Shown here one piece after another: positions 54,278 to 64,000 of a DNA stretch of 64,000 nt. Source of the stretch: Alphaproteobacteria bacterium UBA830 (GTDB lineage: Bacteria > Pseudomonadota > Alphaproteobacteria > MPNO01 > UBA830). Under the pieces are notes generated by a model, which was not told the DNA's origin, searched no databases, and saw only the letters and a program-made list of their open reading frames with translations. Both the position numbers and the translations under genes were made by a program. The stretch's first letter is position 1; each line of letters begins with the position of its first letter. The DNA lies in contig CAJIYX010000016.1 of the NCBI GenBank assembly GCA_905181725.1, positions 1,738-65,737 of the forward strand, given 5' to 3'.

Positions 54278-54814
54278 TTACAGCCACCACTGAATAACGT
54301 ATTCATATGGACCTTCACGGTTCACCAGATCGGTCCGCTGCAAAGCGATACGATACCCATCGCCAGTTTTCTTCAGCAGATGGCGATACTTGCCGGTGAA
54401 ATTCCGCACTTCATACCGGAAATACTCGGCGCAGTGAAACCGCGACCGGACGATGATGTCACCGTTGGCCTCTTCGCTTTCGATGACGACGTTGGAGACC
54501 ACATGGCAGAGCCGGTTATGCGGTGCCTGGCTATGTGCCCGCGGGTGCGTGTTCCGGGCGATCCGCATTTGCATCAGATAAGTGTCTTCCCAAAACACGT
54601 TGGGCTGACCGTCGCCTTCCACCTGATCCTCTTCCGACGGCATCCAGTAGCGGCCTTCATCGCCGAACAAGGCAAGCCAGTCATCCCATTGCTTTTCATC
54701 GATGATTTCCGCCTGGCGGTACAGGAACCGCTCCACAGCCAGCTGGGTCTCAACGCTGACATCGGCGACAGCCTGTGCATTGCCTGCAGCGAGAATTTCA
54801 GTCGCGCTTCCCAT
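54278..54814 (-). CDS. Aromatic ring-hydroxylating dioxygenase beta subunit
   Basis: ERFLYRQAEIIDEKQWDDWLALF...YWMP...RLCHVVSNV...RTDLVN. Confidence 0.92.
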   Translation of the reverse strand: MGSATEILAAGNAQAVADVSVETQLAVERFLYRQAEIIDEKQWDDWLALFGDEGRYWMPSEEDQVEGDGQPNVFWEDTYLMQMRIARNTHPRAHSQAPHNRLCHVVSNVVIESEEANGDIIVRSRFHCAEYFRYEVRNFTGKYRHLLKKTGDGYRIALQRTDLVNREGPYEYVIQWWL

Positions 54815-54816
54815 GA

Positions 54817-56139
54817 TCAGGCCTCCTTCTCGGCGGTCATGTAATCCCGCCAGGCATGCATCATATGCCGCAGCGGCATTTCGCTCATGGTATCGGGAGC
54901 GGAATAGGTCTTATCGCCGTCGACGATATCCTGGCCGGCATTGCGGTGGAAACTCACCCATTCACGCGCCGATGATTCCAGCCCGTGCTGACATTTCCAC
55001 CAGTTGAACAGGTCGTCCGCATTCACAAGCGTGGATGGCGAGTTGACCAGGTAATAATACGCCAGTGACCGGCGGTAGATCTCTTCCGGCGCATCTTTCA
55101 GCCGGAAATGCCATATCTCGGTCAGCGTCTTGTCCGGGCCAAGCGGGCGAATCGTGCGGAGTTGCTGTAGCGGCGGCTGGACCGAATTGCACGGATAAAC
55201 CAGCATGTGATGAATATTCACAGCGAGAATTTCTTCGGCCTTTTCCTCGCCATAAGCGGCGTACATACGGCGCACATATTCGTTCGTATCCGGATCGTCG
55301 GGGCGCAATCCCATGTACCCTTCGAGACTGCTGTGGCCGTTCGGAAAGCCGATGGTACCGAACTTGGTCCAGCCGTCATGTCCAAGCCGGGCAAAATCAG
55401 ACAGAAAGCTGAGTTCCAGCGGCACTTCCTTGCCGTCGGCACGAATTTTTGCCTCCACCTGCTGCGCGGACTTTCCCGTGGATTCATGGGTCACGCCGGG
55501 ATGAGACGCGTCGAGCTGGTTCTCCAGAAAGATTTTCCAGTTGGACTGCTGCACCATGCGGAAGCAGCTTCCCACAACTTCGGTTTCCTTGCCGGGTGCA
55601 CGGTCGATCAGCTGATCGAATGCCGCCGCGGATTCACCGAGATGCGCGCGCAAATAGGCACCGCCTTCGGTCAGCTTGGCAAACCAGAACCCGCGGTAAT
55701 TGTCGGAACGGGCGGGGCGCGCCATGTGGAATTCCGGATCGTTGAAATCGAGGTTCGTGCCTTCATAGCCCTGTTTGGCCGGCATGCTTTCAAGCTTGCC
55801 GTCGAGGTGGAAGGTCCACGCGTGATAGGAGCAGTAAAAATTATTGCCGGTATTACCCTTGCGCGCCGTACACAGCTGCGCGCCTCGATGGGGGCAGCGA
55901 TTGTAAAGAACGTGAACTTCGCCATTCTTGTCTTTGACCATCACCATCGGCTGACGGCCGACCTGGGCGAGATAGTAATCGCCCGGTTCTTTTACCTGGC
56001 TTTCATGCCCAATATAGATCCACGTGTTCTCAAAAATCCGTTCCATTTCGAGATCGAAAATCTCGGGGTCGGTATAGGCTTTACGGTGCGCGCGGTCTGG
56101 TTCGACCATTGCGCCAATCTGTTTAGTGGTCCAGCTCAT
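54817..56139 (-). CDS. Aromatic ring-hydroxylating Rieske dioxygenase alpha subunit
   Basis: NRCPHRG...CSYHAW (Rieske), NWKIFLENQLDASHPGVTH and NADD (mononuclear Fe). Start set at MSWTTKQ. Confidence 0.93.
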   Translation of the reverse strand: MSWTTKQIGAMVEPDRAHRKAYTDPEIFDLEMERIFENTWIYIGHESQVKEPGDYYLAQVGRQPMVMVKDKNGEVHVLYNRCPHRGAQLCTARKGNTGNNFYCSYHAWTFHLDGKLESMPAKQGYEGTNLDFNDPEFHMARPARSDNYRGFWFAKLTEGGAYLRAHLGESAAAFDQLIDRAPGKETEVVGSCFRMVQQSNWKIFLENQLDASHPGVTHESTGKSAQQVEAKIRADGKEVPLELSFLSDFARLGHDGWTKFGTIGFPNGHSSLEGYMGLRPDDPDTNEYVRRMYAAYGEEKAEEILAVNIHHMLVYPCNSVQPPLQQLRTIRPLGPDKTLTEIWHFRLKDAPEEIYRRSLAYYYLVNSPSTLVNADDLFNWWKCQHGLESSAREWVSFHRNAGQDIVDGDKTYSAPDTMSEMPLRHMMHAWRDYMTAEKEA

Positions 56140-56274
56140 GTCTCTCTCCCGGTCGGTCGCGGTGGGTTGCTTGATCGGGGCGTTCCCGATCAGGCGCCCG
56201 TTGGAGAGAGTGTTGCGGTTTAAAACGCGCCGGACTAGCCGCAAAACGCGTCAAATATCCTGAATACGCAAATT

Positions 56275-57288
56275 TTATGCGTTTCGAAGCGTTTCCGACG
56301 GCAATGCGCCGAACCGTTCCTTATATGCCTGTGCAAACTTGCTGAGGTGATTGAAACCACAATCAAGCGCGACCTCTGTGACGGAAACGTTACCGACACC
56401 CTGCTGTTTAAGCACCAGCCGCGCATTATCCAGCCGGACATTTCGCAGATAAACCATCGGCGTCACACCGTAATATTTCCGGAAACCCGCGTGAAGCGAC
56501 CGGCGGCTAACGCCGCTGGCGCGCACCATATCGTCGAGGCCGACCACCTCCCGCGAATGGCTGTGAATATAAGCGGCCGCGTGGCGCACATGACGGGGAC
56601 GCAGCGTCGGCGATGTGTCGGACAGCAGGTGGGTATAGTTGTGCGGCAGCGCGTTCAGCATCATGTCGAGCAGCATCTGCTTGGCGCCACCACTGCCCGC
56701 CCCGCCAAAGAACGATCCTTCGAGTTCCAGATCCTGCGCAAGCAGGTCGATCATCTTGCCCAGTGTCGCCACGCCCCCGGATAAAGGGCAGGGCGTCTGA
56801 TCAAACACCAGCGGATCGCGCACGGGCATGCCGATGCGGCGTTCCAGAGCGGCTTCCATATCGGTCTGGTGGGTTTTGATCATCATCTGGCGGCCATCGG
56901 TCTGCCACACCTTCGTGTGGGGTCCGTTGGCGTTGATCATGTAAATCTCGCCGGGGCGAAACGCGCGGTCCGCCCGCATCTGGCCCACCGCCATCTGGCC
57001 CGCCAGATTGATTTCGCACAGATAGATATTGGCCATGTTCGGCACGTTGATCCGTACCTCGCCCTCGCCGATCATCGAATACGCCATTTCATGAAAGGTC
57101 AGCGTGCCGAGAGATGCTGTGCGGAAGCGCACCATCGCGGGCCGTTTTTCGCGTGAATCATGAGCAAGCGAATGCGAAATGATACTCTGACCGACGATCT
57201 CGCTGGTTTCCCGCGGGTCGCTGGAGACGAAATAGGGCGTCCAGCGCCCCGTCGTCCCACCCGAATCTCTGGAAGCAATTTGCTGCAT
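56275..57288 (-). CDS. AraC family regulator (BenR/AntR-like)
   Basis: AraC-binding-like N-domain; C-terminal SGVSRRSLHAGFRKYYGVTPM...LDCGFNHLSKFAQAYKERFG..PSETL. Start uncertain (57288 or 57393). Confidence 0.9.
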   Translation of the reverse strand: MQQIASRDSGGTTGRWTPYFVSSDPRETSEIVGQSIISHSLAHDSREKRPAMVRFRTASLGTLTFHEMAYSMIGEGEVRINVPNMANIYLCEINLAGQMAVGQMRADRAFRPGEIYMINANGPHTKVWQTDGRQMMIKTHQTDMEAALERRIGMPVRDPLVFDQTPCPLSGGVATLGKMIDLLAQDLELEGSFFGGAGSGGAKQMLLDMMLNALPHNYTHLLSDTSPTLRPRHVRHAAAYIHSHSREVVGLDDMVRASGVSRRSLHAGFRKYYGVTPMVYLRNVRLDNARLVLKQQGVGNVSVTEVALDCGFNHLSKFAQAYKERFGALPSETLRNA

Positions 57289-57408
57289 GGTGAAGGAAGC
57301 TTGAACGGATTTCGCACCGAAATCAATTTTACTTCTTCCCCCCTTTGACAAGCTGCGGGGAGCGCGAAAGAGTATCGCCGCATTCATGTCCAAACATCAG
57401 GTGATCAG

Positions 57409-59028
57409 TTGAGCCCAAATTCGACAAATGAAAGACCGGCACTGGCGGGCGCAATCGCGGCCACGCTTTCATCTCGCGGCGTGAAACGTATCTTCGGTGT
57501 GCCGGGCGGCGGATCGAGCCTCGACCTGATCGACGCCGCCGCACAGGAACGGATCGAGTTCATCCTGTGCCGGAATGAAACGGCCGCCGCGATCATGGCG
57601 GCGGTGACGGGCGAACTGACGGGTATTCCCGGCATCGTGCTGACCGGCATCGGCCCGGGGGCCGCCAGCGTGGTAAATGGCATCGCCTACGCATCGCTCG
57701 AACGGGCGCCGATCATCGTGATCACCGATGCCCATGAAGAAACCGCCACCGCGCCACCCCATCAGATATTCGACCAGCAGGCCCTGTTCGCGCCGATCTC
57801 GAAAGCGCAGCGGCGGCTGACACCGGCAACGGGTGCCGCGGATTTCGAAGCCCTTTTCGATCTTGCGGCCGCGGAGCCGCCGGGCCCGGTCCATTTCGAC
57901 CTGTCGGCGCAGGATGCCGCTGCCGCCGCCGCACCAATACTAGTCCGTTCGCCGCCCGCGCCGCACATGCTAGAGGAACCCGCGTTGGCAAAGGCGGGTG
58001 ATCTGCTCGCTACCGCAAAGCGTCCTGTTCTTATTGTCGGCCATCAATGCCGCACCGCGGATCGAGCCACGGCTGCCAACGAGTTGGCCCACGCGCTGGG
58101 CGGTCCGGCCATGACGACATACAAGGCCAAGGGCGTCGTGTCCGAAGACGGCCCGCATTTTATCGGGCTGTTCACCAACGCGAAGCTCGACCACGGCATC
58201 CTCGCGCAGGCCGATCTGATCGTGTTCTGCGGGGTCGATCCCGTGGAAATGATCCCGGGCGCGTGGCCGAATGAAGTGCCGGTCATTGTGCTGTCTGAAA
58301 CACCCGGCCTCGCCTGGCCATTTGCTGTGGATGCCGAAATCGCCGGTCCGGTTGCGGTCAGCGCCGCGCGACTGGCGCACATACCGGTAAAACCCGGCTG
58401 GCCCGAAAACCAGATCGCCGATTTCAGAAAGGGCATTATCGAGACGCTGGCCAATGCCGGCGGCGATGGCCGCTCACCCGATGCGGTGATCGACGCCATT
58501 GCTGAGGCGGCACCACCCGGCGCGCGTCTGGCGGTCGATGCCGGCGCGCATATGTTCTCCGCCATGGCGCGCTGGCCGGCGCGCTTACCCCATGACGTGA
58601 TGAAATCTAACGGGTTGTCGAGCATGGGGTTTGCCGTGCCCGCCGCGCTTGCAAGCTGGCTGGAACAGCCCGACCGGCACACGATCGCGGTCACCGGGGA
58701 TGGCGGCATGATGATGTGTCTGGCGGAACTGTCCACCGCTGCCCGGCTGGGTGCCGCGATGACCGTGGTCGTGCTGAACGATGCCGCGCTCTCGCTCATC
58801 GATATCAAACAACAGCGACAACAACGTCCGCCGCTCGGAGTACGATATCCACGACCCGATTTCGCGACGGCGGCGCGTGGCATGGGGTGCGCATCTTGGA
58901 CCGTGGCGGCGCTCGACCCGCTCGAATTCGCGCTGGCGGAAGCGTTCGAGACCGAAGGACCAACGCTGCTCGATGTCAGCATCGATCCGTCGGGCTATCG
59001 CGAGCAGTTGATGGCGCTGCGCGGTTAG
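57409..59028 (+). CDS. ThDP-dependent enzyme, acetolactate synthase-like
   Basis: FGVPGGG, RNETAAAIMA, GPGAASVVNG, TTYKAKGV, DAGAH, SNGLSSMGFAVPAA, TGDGG...LND. Confidence 0.92.
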   Translation: MSPNSTNERPALAGAIAATLSSRGVKRIFGVPGGGSSLDLIDAAAQERIEFILCRNETAAAIMAAVTGELTGIPGIVLTGIGPGAASVVNGIAYASLERAPIIVITDAHEETATAPPHQIFDQQALFAPISKAQRRLTPATGAADFEALFDLAAAEPPGPVHFDLSAQDAAAAAAPILVRSPPAPHMLEEPALAKAGDLLATAKRPVLIVGHQCRTADRATAANELAHALGGPAMTTYKAKGVVSEDGPHFIGLFTNAKLDHGILAQADLIVFCGVDPVEMIPGAWPNEVPVIVLSETPGLAWPFAVDAEIAGPVAVSAARLAHIPVKPGWPENQIADFRKGIIETLANAGGDGRSPDAVIDAIAEAAPPGARLAVDAGAHMFSAMARWPARLPHDVMKSNGLSSMGFAVPAALASWLEQPDRHTIAVTGDGGMMMCLAELSTAARLGAAMTVVVLNDAALSLIDIKQQRQQRPPLGVRYPRPDFATAARGMGCASWTVAALDPLEFALAEAFETEGPTLLDVSIDPSGYREQLMALRG

Positions 59029-59041
59029 AATCAGATCCCGC

Positions 59042-60727
59042 TTATTTTTTGGCCATGGCCTTGGCAAAGGAATCGCGAAGGCCGACCGTGCGGTTAAAGA
59101 CCGGGTTTTCGGCGGTCGCGTCGGGGTCGGTGCAGAAATAGCCGAGCCGCTCGAACTGCACGACCTCGCCCGCCGGTATATCGGCGAGGACAGGTTCCAG
59201 TTTGCAGCCGGTCAGAACTTCAAGCGAATCGGGGTTCAGAGCGGACACAAAATCTTCCGCGGCGCCCGGATTCTCATCGGCAAAGAGCGGGTTGTAGAGC
59301 CGCACCTCAGCCTCCACCGCATGCTGTGCCGACACCCAGTGCAGCGTACCTTTGACCTTGCGCCCGTCGGGCGAATCTCCGCCGCGGGTTTCGGGATCAT
59401 AGGTACAGCGCAGCTCGATCACCTCGCCGGCATCGTCCTTGATGACATCCGTGCAGGTCACGAAATAGGCCGCGCGCAGACGAACCTCGCGCCCTAGGCT
59501 CAACCGAAAAAACTTCTTCGGCGCGTCTTCCATGAAATCGTCGCGCTCAACATATATCTCGCGGCAGAACGGCACCTTGCGCGTCCCCGCCGTCTCATCG
59601 CGCGGATTATTGACCGCATCGACTTCCTCGATCTGGCCTTCAGGATAATTTTCGATCACGACCTTGAGCGGGCGTAACACCCCCATCCGGCGCAGTGCGG
59701 AATCGTTCAGCGGATCGCGGATGCAATGTTCGAGCATCGCCGCTTCGACCGTGCCCTCGTTCTTCGAAATCGACAAACGGCTGATGAAGTCGCGGATTGC
59801 CGATGCCGGCACGCCGCGGCGGCGCAGCCCGGAAACCGTCGGCATGCGCGGGTCGTCCCAGCCGGCGACATGACCATCCGCCACAAGCTGCGTCAGCAGG
59901 CGCTTGGACAGTATGGAGTGGGTCATGTTCAGGCGCGAAAATTCATACTGTCGCGGGCGCGCAGGCACCGGCAGGTTTTCGATCAGCCAGTCATAGAGCG
60001 GACGGTGGTCTTCGAATTCCAGCGTACACAATGAATGGGTGACGCCTTCCATCGCATCGGTCTGTCCATGGGCGAAATCATAGGTTGGATAAATGCACCA
60101 CGCATCGCCAGTACGCGGATGCGGCGCGCGGACAATCCGGTACAGGACCGGATCGCGCAGATTGATATTGCCCGCCGCCATATCGATCCTGGCGCGCAGC
60201 ACGCGGGCGCCGTCTTCGAATTCGCCGGCCCGCATCCGGCGGAACAGATCAAGGTTTTCGTCGACACTACGGCTCCGCGACGGGCTTTCGCGCCCGGGCT
60301 CGGTCAGGGTGCCACGGTATTCGCGCATTTCATCCGCCGACAGGTCTTCGATATAGGCCAGGCCCTTGCCGATCAGGTGTTCGGCCCATTCGTACAGTTT
60401 TTCGAAATTATCGGATGTGTATTTGACGTCGCCGTCCCAGCCGACATCCAGCCACTTCACGTCGGCCTGAATGGCGTCGATAAATTCCTGGTCTTCCTTC
60501 GCCGGGTTTGTGTCATCGAAACGCAGATTGCAGTGGCCGCCGAATTCCTGCGCCACGCCGAAGTTGAGGCAGATCGACTTGGCATGGCCGATATGCAGAT
60601 AGCCGTTGGGCTCCGGCGGAAAACGCGTCGCCAGGTGATCGACCGTACCGTTCGCCAGGTCGCCCCGGACCCGGTCGCGGATAAAATCATGCACCTCTTC
60701 GGGTGCCGCAGTGTCTTCGGTATTCAT
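59042..60727 (-). CDS. glnS: Glutamine-tRNA ligase
   Basis: [93 protein letters not shown]. Confidence 0.97.
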   Translation of the reverse strand: MNTEDTAAPEEVHDFIRDRVRGDLANGTVDHLATRFPPEPNGYLHIGHAKSICLNFGVAQEFGGHCNLRFDDTNPAKEDQEFIDAIQADVKWLDVGWDGDVKYTSDNFEKLYEWAEHLIGKGLAYIEDLSADEMREYRGTLTEPGRESPSRSRSVDENLDLFRRMRAGEFEDGARVLRARIDMAAGNINLRDPVLYRIVRAPHPRTGDAWCIYPTYDFAHGQTDAMEGVTHSLCTLEFEDHRPLYDWLIENLPVPARPRQYEFSRLNMTHSILSKRLLTQLVADGHVAGWDDPRMPTVSGLRRRGVPASAIRDFISRLSISKNEGTVEAAMLEHCIRDPLNDSALRRMGVLRPLKVVIENYPEGQIEEVDAVNNPRDETAGTRKVPFCREIYVERDDFMEDAPKKFFRLSLGREVRLRAAYFVTCTDVIKDDAGEVIELRCTYDPETRGGDSPDGRKVKGTLHWVSAQHAVEAEVRLYNPLFADENPGAAEDFVSALNPDSLEVLTGCKLEPVLADIPAGEVVQFERLGYFCTDPDATAENPVFNRTVGLRDSFAKAMAKK

Positions 60728-60890
60728 GGCACAGCATATAGCACGCCGGATTCGATGCGCTAAGAGGCAATAGCGCGGTTTCTCTATGCAGTCATTGCGG
60801 CAACACATTGGACAGACCGGCCGGTCTGCCTCTCTTACCGCCCGGATTTCTGATAGTCTGCGTTCAAGCAATAAGAAACACGGAACACCG

Positions 60891-61781
60891 ATGCTCAAAA
60901 CCGGACCCGCCGCCGGCATCTTCTGGATGTGCATGGCGACGCTTATCAGTTCTATTTCAGGCGCGATGGTCCGCGAGCTGGCGGGCGAAATCCCGACATT
61001 CGAACTAGTTTTCTTCCGCAACGTGATCGCCGTGGTCGTCCTTATCCCCATCGTGCTCCGTCAGGGTGTCGGATTGCCGGACCGAAGCCAGCTGCCGTTT
61101 TACGGGATGCGGATTCTGTTTGCGTTCTGCGCGATGGTGTTTCTGTTCTATGCACTGGCCCGTATGCCGCTCGCTGATGTGTATGCGCTGCAATACACAA
61201 TCCCGCTATTCACCATTCTGCTCGCCGTCCTGTTCCTCAGGCAGAAAGCGGATATCCACAGCTGGGCTGCAGTTTTTGTCGGGTTTGTCGGCACGCTGAT
61301 CGTAATGCGGCCGGGGATCATCGAGATCACGCTTGCCGCGCTGGGGGCGATCACCGCGGCCTGCCTGTCGGCAGGGTCGAACACGACGATCAAAATACTG
61401 GCACGCAAGGACAACGCCGAAGCCATCACATTATGGACCAATATCGGTATGCTGCCGCTGGCGCTTGTACCGACCCTGTTTGTCTGGGTGAACCCGACGG
61501 CCGAACAATGGCCGCTGATCATCGGCGTCGGCGTCGTCAGTAGTATCGGCGGCTATTGCTTTACCCGCGCGGTATCGGCGGCGGATGCACGAATTGTGCA
61601 ACCCTTCCAGTTTTCGCGCATGGTTTTTGCCACGGCGATCGGCTGGATCATGTTTTCGGAATTCCCCGACCTCTGGACATGGATAGGCGCCGCCGTGATT
61701 TTCAGTGCGTCATACTATATCGTCTACCGGGAAGGGCGGGCGCGGAAAGCCGCACAGAAGGCGCAACAGGCCGCCGATTAG
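60891..61781 (+). CDS. EamA/DMT family transporter
   Basis: [54 protein letters not shown]. Confidence 0.92.
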   Translation: MLKTGPAAGIFWMCMATLISSISGAMVRELAGEIPTFELVFFRNVIAVVVLIPIVLRQGVGLPDRSQLPFYGMRILFAFCAMVFLFYALARMPLADVYALQYTIPLFTILLAVLFLRQKADIHSWAAVFVGFVGTLIVMRPGIIEITLAALGAITAACLSAGSNTTIKILARKDNAEAITLWTNIGMLPLALVPTLFVWVNPTAEQWPLIIGVGVVSSIGGYCFTRAVSAADARIVQPFQFSRMVFATAIGWIMFSEFPDLWTWIGAAVIFSASYYIVYREGRARKAAQKAQQAAD

Positions 61782-61800
61782 AGGGCAAACGAACAGATAG

Positions 61801-63378
61801 ATGACAGACACTGTCCCGCCACCGCCGCAAACCCCCTATCGCAGCGTTCTTGCGATGATCCGCGAACACGCGCGCCGCGCGCCGGCGCAGGACTGCCTGG
61901 TCGCCATCGATCAGAATACCGCCCTGACATGGCACCAGCTTTACCGCCTCACCAACAAACTATCCGCCTGGCTACAGGCGCAAGGTATCGGCGCGAATGA
62001 CCGCATTCTGGTCCTGACCGACAATTCGCTCGAGAACCTGATCCTCTACTTCGGTATCCAGCGCCATGGGGCGACATTCTGCACCGTCAATGTCGACATC
62101 AATGCGCACCATATGCGCGAGATTATCGACCGGCTCGCACCGAAAATCGTGCTCTGGCACGACGCGCTCGACCTGTCCGAGATTCGCCAAACCGCGCCCG
62201 GCACCTGGGTGTCGTTCGGCACCGCCGATCCGGACGGCGCCACCGCGGCGGATGGCGGCCTGTTTGAAGCGCTGAACGCGTTCGACGGGGATGCAGAACC
62301 TGACGAGGTTTCCACCGAGAACGATGCCGCGGTCATCTGTTTCACGTCAGGTACGTCCGACAGGCCCAAGGGCGTGATCCACAGTTTCGGCAATTACAAC
62401 GCCATCGGCGCGCAGACCGCCTATCTCTGGGGCCTGACCGGGGACGACCGGGTTCTCGAATACAGATCGTTCTCGTGGTCATCGTCACACCAGATCGTCC
62501 TGCAGCCGCTGCTGTTGGGCGGCGGTTGTGTGGTATTCGCACCTAAATTCTCTTTCAGCCGCCTGTTCGACTGGATCCGCGATTACCGGATCACCAAAGC
62601 CATCGGCATTCCGACCGTGGTCAACATGCTGCTCGACCGGCAGGCAGATAAAGAGACCGGCTCGCTTGAGACGCTAGAATTCATGAGCTGCAGCACGGCG
62701 CCGTTGATGGAAGAACAGCATCGCCGGTTCGAGGCGACATACCGCATCAAACTGATCCAGCATTACGGGATGAGCGAGGGCGGCACGGTCGCGGGCAACC
62801 ATCATCTGTCTCGCCGCATCGGCAGTGTCGGCAAGCCCGGGATCGGCCAGAACCTCGCCATCATCGATGAAGGCGGCAACACCGTACCCGCAGGCATAGA
62901 GGGCGAAATTGAAATCGGCGGGATGCAGAACGCGACTGCCTATCTGAACCCCGACGGGAGTATCGAGGCCGTGCGCGGCAAACGGCTGAAAACCGGCGAT
63001 CTCGGCGTTCTAGACGATGACGGCTATCTGCGGATAACGGGGCGCGCCAAGGAACTGATCATTCGCGGCGGCGTCAATATCGCGCCGCTGGAGATCGACA
63101 ATATCGTCATGCAGCATGACGACGTGATGGAGGTCTGCACCGTCGGTGCCCAGGATGCGATGTACGGCGAAGCGGTCGTCTGCTTTGTTGTGCCGCGGAC
63201 AGGCCGGCCGCTGACGGCGGACAATATTGTGCAACACTGCGCCGGGCTGCTACCCGATTTCAAACAACCGGCGAAAATCGTTATCATCAATAAAGTAACC
63301 CGCAACGCCCGGGGAAAGGTCGACAGGAACGCCATGAAAATTATCTGGACGAATACACATTCCGGGCACGCGTCATGA
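61801..63378 (+). CDS. Class I adenylate-forming enzyme (acyl-CoA synthetase-like)
   Basis: FTSGTSDRPKGVIHS, QHYGMSE, GSVGKP, KTGDLG, GRAKELIIRGG.NIAP.EID, GKVDR. Confidence 0.92.
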   Translation: MTDTVPPPPQTPYRSVLAMIREHARRAPAQDCLVAIDQNTALTWHQLYRLTNKLSAWLQAQGIGANDRILVLTDNSLENLILYFGIQRHGATFCTVNVDINAHHMREIIDRLAPKIVLWHDALDLSEIRQTAPGTWVSFGTADPDGATAADGGLFEALNAFDGDAEPDEVSTENDAAVICFTSGTSDRPKGVIHSFGNYNAIGAQTAYLWGLTGDDRVLEYRSFSWSSSHQIVLQPLLLGGGCVVFAPKFSFSRLFDWIRDYRITKAIGIPTVVNMLLDRQADKETGSLETLEFMSCSTAPLMEEQHRRFEATYRIKLIQHYGMSEGGTVAGNHHLSRRIGSVGKPGIGQNLAIIDEGGNTVPAGIEGEIEIGGMQNATAYLNPDGSIEAVRGKRLKTGDLGVLDDDGYLRITGRAKELIIRGGVNIAPLEIDNIVMQHDDVMEVCTVGAQDAMYGEAVVCFVVPRTGRPLTADNIVQHCAGLLPDFKQPAKIVIINKVTRNARGKVDRNAMKIIWTNTHSGHAS

Positions 63379-64000
63379 GCGACGCCATGGTCATCCGCGG
63401 CGGCCACGTCATCGACGGGACCGGCACGCCGGGGGTTGAGACCGATATCGCGATCAGCGGCGGGCGTATTACCGAGATCGGCCACTATATTTCCGGCAAT
63501 GGCGCCGAGGTGGTCGACGCGACCGGCAAAGTCGTGGCCCCCGGATTTATCGATATTAAAACCCATTCGGACTGGACCCTGCCGTTGATGCCGCAGGCGG
63601 AAAGCAAGATCCGCCAGGGTGTCACCACCGAAGTGATCGGCCATTGCGGCTATTCCTGCGCACCAACCCTGCCGAACAAGGTCGAGGCGCTGGCCGATTA
63701 TCTGAGCCCGAGCGCACCGTGGCTTACCTTCCGGCCGACGAATTTCCACGACTACCTCGACCAGTACCCCGCCCTGTCGGTGAACACGGTACATCTGGTC
63801 GGCCACAACACGCTGCGCCTGATGGCGATGGGGATGGAAGACCGCCCGCCGACCCCGGCAGAGCTCGAACACATGCGCGCCCTGTTGAGCGAAGCGCTCG
63901 CCGCAGGAGCGCTCGGCATGTCGTCCGGCCTGTTCACGGCGCCGGGCTCCTATTCGGATGTCGAGGAAATGGTCTCTCTGGGCCGCACGTTGTCGGCCGA
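63375..64000 (+). CDS. D-aminoacylase-like amidohydrolase (3' part outside window)
   Basis: Hand translation MSDAMVIRGGHVIDGTG...DIAISGGRITEIG...VAPGFIDIKTHSD...RQGVTTEVIGHCG; ATGA overlap with the ligase gene. Confidence 0.9.
   Translation, partial: MSDAMVIRGGHVIDGTGTPGVETDIAISGGRITEIGHYISGNGAEVVDATGKVVAPGFIDIKTHSDWTLPLMPQAESKIRQGVTTEVIGHCGYSCAPTLPNKVEALADYLSPSAPWLTFRPTNFHDYLDQYPALSVNTVHLVGHNTLRLMAMGMEDRPPTPAELEHMRALLSEALAAGALGMSSGLFTAPGSYSDVEEMVSLGRTLSA

Noticed and set aside
60728-61051. 108-aa N-terminal extension of GlnRS
   Set aside because: It overlaps the divergent DMT gene and has no family similarity; homology starts at MNTED (60727).

Overview
GC-rich chromosomal segment of an alphaproteobacterium, probably Rhodospirillales-like. 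The taxon is inferred from GapR/DUF2312, a type-B L36, a perfect CtrA box and the ABC1-PepF-acyl-CoA synthetase neighbourhood. 1-21.5 kb is mostly intact core metabolism: bioB-bioA, a cupin plus split ThDP decarboxylase, ABC1 kinase, PepF, fatty acyl-CoA ligase, BON lipoprotein, gapR, glycerate kinase-pyk, glcDEF, and rpmJ (missed by the ORF track). About 21.6-41.8 kb is an accessory catabolic island. It holds 3-hydroxyanthranilate dioxygenase, an MBL hydrolase, two paralogous luciferase-like monooxygenases, a heme-oxygenase-like diiron (CADD/PqqC-fold) enzyme, an FAH-family enzyme, hydantoinase/oxoprolinase A+B with a partnerless PreA-like dehydrogenase, pobA, a VanA-type Rieske oxygenase, an orphan TRAP DctP, RidA and two PcaV-like MarR regulators. 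A recurring AGTATACT palindrome sits in several of its promoters. This island is the best candidate for an undescribed system, probably an N-heterocycle or aromatic amide degradation pathway. 42-64 kb holds decayed MaoC/ABC remnants, an OmpR-type two-component system, a class II photolyase, a frameshifted LysR, further redox and catabolic genes (LLM, GMC, Rieske alpha/beta, ThDP enzyme), GlnRS and a truncated D-aminoacylase-like gene. Six pseudogenes cluster between 23 and 48 kb while core genes are intact. No rRNA, tRNA, CRISPR array, transposase or integrase was seen. All family assignments come from motif recognition by eye; no searches were run.
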